Source: a virus (Duplodnaviria > Caudoviricetes). Taken from it: DNA of 25,855 nt. Positions 15,897 through 22,481 of this stretch are shown piece by piece; positions within the stretch are counted from its first letter, which is position 1, and every line of letters starts with the position of its first letter. Under the pieces are notes generated by a model that saw only the letters and a list, made by a program, of their open reading frames with translations, made no database searches and had not been told where the DNA came from. Position numbers and translations under genes: made by a program. The stretch lies in the IMG/VR virus record IMGVR_UViG_3300048598_000462, positions 1 to 25,855 of that record; one strand, written 5' to 3'.

Positions 15897-16636
15897 CAGT
15901 AAAAAACGATCTCGTTGTCGGAAGAGATGCTATCGATCAGAGTATCGCGCTCGCTCTCACGGCCCTTGATGCGGACTCTGTCGTCGAGCGAAGCAAAACC
16001 ACCAGGAATGCGCAGGCGTTTGTAGCCAAGGGTATTTCCCTTCACTGCGATGTCCTCCGCGGCCAACTCGCCTTCCAGAACGGCGACGACTATTTCCTGG
16101 ACCACGTCCTCGCTATAGTCCTTGCCTCTCGGCACCGCGCGATTGGCAGCGCGATACAGTGGGTGCGCGAGAAGGGCGCGACGCAGGAGGTTCGACTTAT
16201 AGATTGGCTTCGGCGCGCGCGGCGTGTGTCGCGAGACGACCGATTTGACAGTCCGCTTTGCCGCCGCGAACCGCGCCGCGAACTCCGGATCCTTTCGGGC
16301 GCGGGCATAAATTAGTGTGCGATCCGGTAGATCGACCGATAGCGCGGCGGCCTGGCTTCTAATGGATTTGTGAGGGTTGCGAGTCAGCAGTTCAATCGCA
16401 GCGTCGTATTGCTCCTCGGTGTACTTGAGGCCTGTTTTCATCCGGGCGTTGTCGGATTTCTCGCGACCGCGCCATGCTGCGGAGATTTCTTCCTTTCGCC
16501 CGTGCTTGGTCGCCCACTCAGTCAGGGACCGATACGATGGAAAATCCGGGTTTGACTTGCATGCCTCGGCCCCGGTCATCCCACCGCGGATAAGTGCGAC
16601 GATCTCGTCGAAGTATTTTTCGGATCGAGAAACCAT
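15896..16636 (-). CDS. Protein with two tandem TerS(Sf6)-like HTH repeats and a sigma-region-2/3-like C-terminus
   Basis: Repeats IVALIRGGMT..EAC...DFPSYRSLTEW and YTEEQ...SIRSQ...LPDRTLIY..ARKDPEFAARF; then SEDVVQEIVVAVLE and FASLDD...TLIDSI. Confidence 0.6.
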   Translation of the reverse strand: MVSRSEKYFDEIVALIRGGMTGAEACKSNPDFPSYRSLTEWATKHGRKEEISAAWRGREKSDNARMKTGLKYTEEQYDAAIELLTRNPHKSIRSQAAALSVDLPDRTLIYARARKDPEFAARFAAAKRTVKSVVSRHTPRAPKPIYKSNLLRRALLAHPLYRAANRAVPRGKDYSEDVVQEIVVAVLEGELAAEDIAVKGNTLGYKRLRIPGGFASLDDRVRIKGRESERDTLIDSISSDNEIVFY

Positions 16637-16801
16637 CGCACCTTAAAGGTTGGCCGCCGCGACGGAGGAGTACATCGCGACGGCGTCCGCCGTTCTTGCC
16701 GCGGGGCCAGCCCGAAGGGCCGTTTTGCGGTGGTTGGCGGTGGGAGGGGCTGAAAACATGGCCCGTGCTATTAAGTCATCGAGAGCCCCCGCGAGGGCAC
16801 A

Positions 16802-17347
16802 CTAAGAGACAAGTTTTTCAAAGTTTTTTGCGGCTTGCTTCACCGCCTCCTTGCCCTTTCGCTCGGCGTATTTGCCGGCATAACCAGCGAACTCTCCGAT
16901 TTGCCTAAAGGTATATGGCCCAACAGCCATGTCGAGAATCTCAGCATCTCGGCCAAGCTTCTGACGCACCTGCCGAACGTGAATCCGATGCAGCATCGCG
17001 TCCTCGGTCGGCAGCCCTTCGTCGACGAGGGCGGTTTTCTCTCCGCGCTTTACCCGCTCGAACCTCTCTCCATGCGAGTCGGCGCTGTAGGACTCCGTCG
17101 TGCGCTCATAATCCGGATACATCGCGCAGTGTTCATCCTCTGCCATCGAGCGTATCAACTCCATTGCATCAACTGCATCGATGCGCGTCTCCGGGTTCTC
17201 AATCTTCACAGTGGGGTCGTTGTCGTTCGCCACCATCTGCACATCCTCCTCGTTGTATTCAATCATCCAGTCCCGAATGCTCTTGAGCACGGGCTTGTCA
17301 TCGTCGCGCGCGAGTGCGCTCAACGTCGGGTAGGGATTGGCGGCCAA
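16802..17347 (-). CDS. Putative late transcriptional activator with sigma-region-4-like HTH
   Basis: SD GAGGAGG before TTG; C-terminal LGRDAEILDMAVGPYTFRQIGEFAG HTH; sits between the rep and late genes. Confidence 0.6.
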   Translation of the reverse strand: MAANPYPTLSALARDDDKPVLKSIRDWMIEYNEEDVQMVANDNDPTVKIENPETRIDAVDAMELIRSMAEDEHCAMYPDYERTTESYSADSHGERFERVKRGEKTALVDEGLPTEDAMLHRIHVRQVRQKLGRDAEILDMAVGPYTFRQIGEFAGYAGKYAERKGKEAVKQAAKNFEKLVS

Positions 17348-17842
17348 GCTGGCCTCCTCTGGTCTATTTTCAGATTTTGCCCCTCGCGGAGGACTTCGCG
17401 TCTATCTCGCCGAACGCGCTGGCGGCGACCCGGTCGAGCCGGGCCGTTGGCTTGGTGCCGATATGAGTTAGTGGGCGGAATTATCCGAAACACTAACTGT
17501 GAGCATAGCTAGGCGGCCGATGGAGATTTGTATGGGTCAGATTGCCGAAACGGCGAACTGGCAAAGCTAGGCGAGATGATGGCGGCGCAAAAGCCGCACA
17601 TGAGCGTTGGGGGCAGGCCACCAGAAAAAACCGGCGCGCGCGCTACGCCGCGTCGTCGCGCTCCGCGTCCATCCAGGCCGGCCAATCGCTGGGAGGTGTT
17701 GGAAGGGTGGCTTCTGTGGCAACGGCGGCCGGTTCATCCGGCGGCGCGCATGGTGGCCGGTGACATATCTAAAGCTAGGCCGTTTGAATGCAGACGGTCT
17801 AGCAGAAGTCTGGAGATTTTTCAGGTGTTGCGCGAGGGCAAC

Positions 17843-19273
17843 TCAGGCCGCGTCGTCTTCCATCCAATCAGGCCAATCGTCCGGCTGCGGTGGTAGTGGC
17901 GCGGGTTCATCCTCGAATAGCTCGGGATGCGCGGCGTCCCACTCGCGGCGGCCTGCCTCGGCACGCCACTGCGCTTCCTTCCGGCGCTGCCATTCGTTTA
18001 GGTGCGGTGACAACGGCGGCAGGGCATCGATGCGCGCCTTGATTGCCGCCGCCTCGGATTCCGTCACGGGCTTGGACTCCGGCTCTGGCATCGGCTCTGG
18101 CTCGGGCTTCACCGGCAATGGCGTGTCGTCGTCTGGCCGTACCTCTGGGGGTTCAAATCCGTCGCCTGTGATGACGATGGTTCGGCCGTGTAGTTCGCTG
18201 CTGTCATCTATCTGCGCGAGGCCCGCAGCGGCAACGAGCGCTGCGAGCTGACGCTGGCCGGCTTCCTGCTTCTCGCTGTCGGGGTGTTCTATCACGATGA
18301 CGTACTCGCCAGCCTTGTCGGTGGTGAAGCGCAACTTAGTCACGTCGCCCGCCGTCACCACGTCGGCCGCGGTAATCCTGGCCGGCCCACCGGCCCGGCT
18401 CGGCTTGCGTGGTTTGGGGTTCTGATCGGAAACTCCAGCCTTGGCCTTCGTCTTGACCCGGCGCTCGACCTTGTTGAAGCCGCGGGGGGCGGGCTTGAGC
18501 CACATTTCATCCTTGAGCCAGCGCACCGCCGACATGCGAGGGGCGTTTGGATCATTCTGCTGCGCCCATGCTTGATGCCAATCCGCCGCGGCGTCGATCA
18601 CCATGGCGCGATCTGTATCCGGCGGCAGGGCATCCCACGCGCGTTTGATTGCCGCCCTGGCTGGCTTGCTCATGTCGGCGGGGCAATAGGCGGTGAGAAA
18701 CGCTTGTAACCCTTCCACCGCCGTCTCGCCCGCAGCGGGGGCCGCCAGGCCACCCGCTGCGGGCGACGCCGTAGGCGGGCGGTGTCCATCTCTATCTATC
18801 AGGAGACCGGCTGTAAGCCGGTCCTGTAGATAGGAGGGGGTGACATCTGTGTCACCGTATTCGGGAGATAAGGTGACACTTGGGTCCATTTCGTGGACCT
18901 GAATGTCATCCTTTAATACGGTGACAGTTGAGTCACCCTTTTGCGGAACTAGGCTGAAATTGGGTCGATACACCGTCGCGTGCCCGCGCGTCCCGGCGCG
19001 GACGACGTCGACGAATCCGAGGTGGGTGAGACGTTGTCGCGATCGGCCCACGGTGCGGTCGCACAGGCCGGTGAGCGCACAAATCTCCTCGTCGGAAACG
19101 AAACCGTTCCCGTATTGGCCGTGGTACCGCTGGATGATCTCGGCAAAAACGGCAAGGTCGGCCTTCTTGGTGTCAGGATGGTGCGCGGCAAGACGCAGCA
19201 ACTTGAATTGAACCCAGGCCTCGACATCATACGGCCGGGGCTTCCGCTTGGAGTAGGGGTTAGACTCGCTCAT
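17843..19273 (-). CDS. Replication initiator (N-terminal wHTH, iteron linker, replisome-organiser-like domain, DUF669-like domain)
   Basis: SDEEICALTGLCDRTVGRSRQRLTHLGFV wHTH; FLTAY...KRAWDAL...SAVRWLKDEMW; EAGQRQLAALVAAAG...DDSSELHG. Confidence 0.75.
   Translation of the reverse strand: MSESNPYSKRKPRPYDVEAWVQFKLLRLAAHHPDTKKADLAVFAEIIQRYHGQYGNGFVSDEEICALTGLCDRTVGRSRQRLTHLGFVDVVRAGTRGHATVYRPNFSLVPQKGDSTVTVLKDDIQVHEMDPSVTLSPEYGDTDVTPSYLQDRLTAGLLIDRDGHRPPTASPAAGGLAAPAAGETAVEGLQAFLTAYCPADMSKPARAAIKRAWDALPPDTDRAMVIDAAADWHQAWAQQNDPNAPRMSAVRWLKDEMWLKPAPRGFNKVERRVKTKAKAGVSDQNPKPRKPSRAGGPARITAADVVTAGDVTKLRFTTDKAGEYVIVIEHPDSEKQEAGQRQLAALVAAAGLAQIDDSSELHGRTIVITGDGFEPPEVRPDDDTPLPVKPEPEPMPEPESKPVTESEAAAIKARIDALPPLSPHLNEWQRRKEAQWRAEAGRREWDAAHPELFEDEPAPLPPQPDDWPDWMEDDAA
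18839..18937. repeat. Four 18-bp palindromic iteron-like units within rep (candidate origin)
   Basis: GGTGACA-TCTG-TGTCACC (18839), GGTGACA-CTTG-GGTCCAT (18872), GTGGACC-TGAA-TGTCATC (18893), GGTGACA-GTTG-AGTCACC (18920). Confidence 0.7.
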
Positions 19274-19481
19274 GCCGACACCCTCCGGCTGCCACCGCAG
19301 CGCGCGCCAGTTCGTCGGCCGTGGTGCGGTCGAACGTCAGGCTGTGCCCGAACACCCGCATGGAGCCATCCGGCTTGCGGATCAGGCTGACGTCCACGGC
19401 GCGCACGCCTGGGGCAATCTCGATATCGAGCGCGGCAATGCGCCGCCCGCCCGAACATGGGCGGACTTGAAGTATTTTCAT
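19260..19481 (-). CDS. Small beta-rich protein, SpoVG-like nucleic-acid-binding fold (tentative)
   Basis: IAALDIEIAPGVRAVDVSLIRKPDGSMRVF; SD AAGGA; overlaps the rep start. Confidence 0.6.
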   Translation of the reverse strand: MKILQVRPCSGGRRIAALDIEIAPGVRAVDVSLIRKPDGSMRVFGHSLTFDRTTADELARAAVAAGGCRHERV

Positions 19482-19609
19482 GTTGAGGTATCCTTGGGTT
19501 TAAATGCGTCGCTGCTCGGCTGTTCCGAGTCTTCTCTCGCCGTAGCCACTTCGTTTTCTAAAACGACGCTATGCGACGCATTGGAAATCAGCGACGCCAG
19601 CACTTTCAA

Positions 19610-19622
19610 CAACGCATTGATA
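19610..19622 (-). promoter_or_regulatory. IHF consensus site in the att arm
   Basis: Minus strand TATCAA-TGCG-TTG matches WATCAANNNNTTR, about 20 bp from the attR core. Confidence 0.55.
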
Positions 19623-19641
19623 TCAATTGATTGCGCGCCAG

Positions 19642-19657
19642 CCCTAGGGAGCGCCAA
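19642..19657 (+). repeat. attR core of element 1 (displaced tRNA-Glu 3' end) and left boundary of element 2
   Basis: CCCTAGGGAGCGCCAA, identical to 27..42. Confidence 0.9.
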
Positions 19658-19704
19658 AGCTAAGCATCTGAAATTATTGATGAATTTGCCATTTTAGCCT
19701 GTGT

Positions 19705-19725
19705 TTCTACACAGGATTCTACACA
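19705..19725 (+). repeat. Tandem TTCTACACA repeats (probable integrase arm-type sites) overlapping the SD/start
   Basis: TTCTACACA at 19705-19713 and 19717-19725; the last A is the A of ATG. Confidence 0.55.
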
Positions 19726-21329
19726 TGGCAAAACACCTCTGGCGACGCGGGAATAACGGCTGGACTTTCCAAATCGCCGTCCCGAAAACTTTCATCAACC
19801 GTCTTGGTGTTACTCCCTTCCGGATAAATCTCGGAGCCCTGCCGGCGGCCGAGGCCAAACGTCGTGCCCGCATTCTCGCGGGGTATGCGACCGCCAGTAT
19901 GGGGGGCGAAAACATGTCGAGAGAAACAGTCAACCGGGGGTTGGCCGAGGTGGCTACGCAACTGGCAGACCTGAAAGCGAAGGCGACCAGTGCCAATTTC
20001 GCCGCCCTCAGGGCCAGTGCCGCACTTGCTGAAATCGACGACTACGGACAGGTGATGTACTCGGAGCCGCTTTCCGAGATGGAACTGGAACGACGGCTGG
20101 CTACTGCTCAAGCAGAGCGGGCCGCTTATCGCGGAATGCTAGTCCAGCTCGACAAGATCGGCCGTGAAATCGTCCACGACGGCGAAGGATGGGAAAAAGA
20201 ACGCCAGACTTACGATCGCATGGTTGACCGATTGGCGCAGCAGAAACCCGTGACCAAGAATTTGCCGATCCTCAGTGTCGCCGCCGAGGAAGTGATCACG
20301 GCGAAGTCGGATGCGCTCACAGAAAAATCGGCTTCCTACATTGCGCGCCTTCGCCGAGCTATCCGCGCCTTTGTCGCCGTCATTGGCGACAAACGAGTCT
20401 CGGAGTACACGCCGCTCGACCTCCAGAAATTTGTAACAACAGTGGGGTTGCTACCGAGCACCTGGTCGACCCATTCGAAGCTCCGTAATCTATCGGCACC
20501 TGAAATCATCGTGAAAGCAAAGATCATCCGTGGTTTGAAGCCTATTTCCAAAACCACTGTTGCCCAATATCTCAGCGACTTCCGCGGAGTCTGGAAGATG
20601 ATCCGGGCAAACTATCCTCACGATGTCCTTTCACTTGCCCATGAGGATTTATACATCACGTTGCCGCGCACGGCAGCTCGCGCCGTCAAACGCTACGGTC
20701 TGGGCGTCGAGAATTTGAACAAGTTTCTAGCCGTCGCCGCGCGATGTCGACGGCCCGATGATCGTTTCCTTCCATTGCTCGGCGTGTTGACCGGCGCTCG
20801 TCTCGGCGAACTGGTGTATCTTCAGGTCACAGACGTGCAGCAGTTTAAGAACCATTGGATTCTCAGCCTAGTTGAGGACATTGAGGACGATGAAGGTAAT
20901 GTTGACGAGCGGAAGCTGAAAACGGACGCCGCACGCCGTATCATCGCCCTTCCTGATGCCATCGGCGAAACTGGTTTTCTTGAATGGGTGCGAGGGCTAC
21001 GGGGCGGAACGCTATGGCCGAAATTGCTCAAAACCGAACGTCCGCACGCCGTGGCATCAAGACACATGAACAGGTATATGAAGGAAGCCAAAGTCCACGT
21101 GCCGCTCGCGCAGACGTTCCACTCGCTACGTCACAGCTACAAGGACCATCTGCGCAAGATGAAAGTCGATGAGCGCACGATGGACATTCAGGTCGGCCAC
21201 GCGCTGGATACCGTTGCCAAGAAGTACGGCTCGGATACGCTTCGTCCCGATGAGATCGTTACTCTTGCGACATTGCCGTTGCCCGAAGGGCTGGACATTT
21301 CTGTCTATCAGCCACGAAAACGGCGGTAG
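19725..21329 (+). CDS. int: Tyrosine recombinase/integrase with DUF6538-like N-terminus (534 aa)
   Basis: HLWRRGNNGWTFQIAVP N-terminus; TGARLGEL, LKT, FHSLRH, VGH and KKYG catalytic motifs. Confidence 0.9.
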   Translation: MAKHLWRRGNNGWTFQIAVPKTFINRLGVTPFRINLGALPAAEAKRRARILAGYATASMGGENMSRETVNRGLAEVATQLADLKAKATSANFAALRASAALAEIDDYGQVMYSEPLSEMELERRLATAQAERAAYRGMLVQLDKIGREIVHDGEGWEKERQTYDRMVDRLAQQKPVTKNLPILSVAAEEVITAKSDALTEKSASYIARLRRAIRAFVAVIGDKRVSEYTPLDLQKFVTTVGLLPSTWSTHSKLRNLSAPEIIVKAKIIRGLKPISKTTVAQYLSDFRGVWKMIRANYPHDVLSLAHEDLYITLPRTAARAVKRYGLGVENLNKFLAVAARCRRPDDRFLPLLGVLTGARLGELVYLQVTDVQQFKNHWILSLVEDIEDDEGNVDERKLKTDAARRIIALPDAIGETGFLEWVRGLRGGTLWPKLLKTERPHAVASRHMNRYMKEAKVHVPLAQTFHSLRHSYKDHLRKMKVDERTMDIQVGHALDTVAKKYGSDTLRPDEIVTLATLPLPEGLDISVYQPRKRR

Positions 21330-21560
21330 GCGCGAATCCAGAATGCGACTGACGGTTGCGAGAAGCGTCGAACTTGATTCTGCGTCGAGCCTCTGTCGGG
21401 CTTGACGGTAGCACCTCTTTGGATTGCGCGCGGTCGCGCGGAGTATCCAGTCCAATATGCCATCCACTAGGCTGAATTGAGTGGCGCGTTCCCCAATAGG
21501 CTGAAAACGGTATGCCCAGCCCTCGTGCGATCTATCCGTGGCCGCTGTATCATTTCGCGC

Positions 21561-22466
21561 ATGCGAATCGACCTATCAGAGCAGACCGTTAGCGCACTGG
21601 CTGAGATCATTTCAGGCGGTCCAGCAAATGGCTTTGCACCGCCGATTGGGCTGTATCGGCAAGGCTGGAGAATTGAAACCTGGTTCAAGGGTTTCGGTAT
21701 TCCTTTCGATGCTAAGATCGAGAGCCGTCTACCCGCAACGGTGACGGCGATCCGCTATGCCATCTTCTTAGACTCGGGCGATGGTCAGCTTCTGAGGCGC
21801 ATCATCGAAGGCGCTGCAGACCCGCGTGACTTTATCAAAGAGCCTGAACGTCACGCTGCCGTCGTGGACTACCTCAACAAGCATCTATTTTACGACGGCT
21901 TGAAGCTCGAGTCAGACGGCAGAACCATGCGATTGGTTGAGATCGTCGCGATGGCGGCGGTAACGGAGGAATTGTCGGCTATGGTCGCAGGTATCGACTT
22001 CGATACTGTTGGTCGTGACCTCGATAGAGCCCTGCGTGCAGCCTCAGACGACCCAGAGATTGCCGTTACCGCCGCATGTGCGGTCATTGAGAGCGTCTGC
22101 CGATCGATTCTCTTCGAGCTTCGCCTAGACTTGCCAAGCAAGCAGGACATCAGCGGGCTTTACCGTGCGGTGAGAGATCCGCTTGGGCTGGACCCCGCGA
22201 AGGAAGGCTTGGCGTCCGAGATCGTCAATGACGTGAAAGCAGTATTGTCGGGGCTTGTGACTTCCGTGCAGGGTATTGGCTCACTCCGTACACACGCCGG
22301 AGGCGCACACGGCAAAGAGAGAGGTTTTCCAAGGATCGACGCTCGTATTGCGAAACTGGCAATCCACTCCGCTTCCGCGATAGCTCTTTTCATCATCGAG
22401 ACTTGGCACCTTCGCTACCCCGGCCGGAAGCTACCGCTACGACTCCACGAAAAGACACCGTCTTAG
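21561..22466 (+). CDS. Abortive infection family protein (Abi_C/HEPN-like C-terminal domain), 301 aa
   Basis: DPEIAVTAACAVIESVCRSIL...LSGL...GIGSLRTHAGGAHG...A.LAIHSA matches the Abi_C pattern. Confidence 0.8.
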   Translation: MRIDLSEQTVSALAEIISGGPANGFAPPIGLYRQGWRIETWFKGFGIPFDAKIESRLPATVTAIRYAIFLDSGDGQLLRRIIEGAADPRDFIKEPERHAAVVDYLNKHLFYDGLKLESDGRTMRLVEIVAMAAVTEELSAMVAGIDFDTVGRDLDRALRAASDDPEIAVTAACAVIESVCRSILFELRLDLPSKQDISGLYRAVRDPLGLDPAKEGLASEIVNDVKAVLSGLVTSVQGIGSLRTHAGGAHGKERGFPRIDARIAKLAIHSASAIALFIIETWHLRYPGRKLPLRLHEKTPS

Positions 22467-22481
22467 TGTACCGTTAGTCGC

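Larger units (their letters stand above)
27..19657 (-). mobile_element. Integrated ~19.6 kb phage-like element (probable satellite: head plus tail shaft, no tail tip or lysis)
   Basis: Flanking 16-bp repeats, int/xis, rep, and HK97-like packaging, head, neck and tail-shaft genes, nearly all on the minus strand with overlapping stop/start codons. Confidence 0.9.

Noticed and set aside
17528-18251. Plus-strand ORFs of 122, 73 and 214 aa
   Set aside because: Arg/Ser/Gly-rich low-information translations that partly overlap rep in antisense; treated as non-coding.
18839-18937. CRISPR-like array
   Set aside because: Units are 18 bp, degenerate, irregularly spaced and inside a CDS; no cas genes present.
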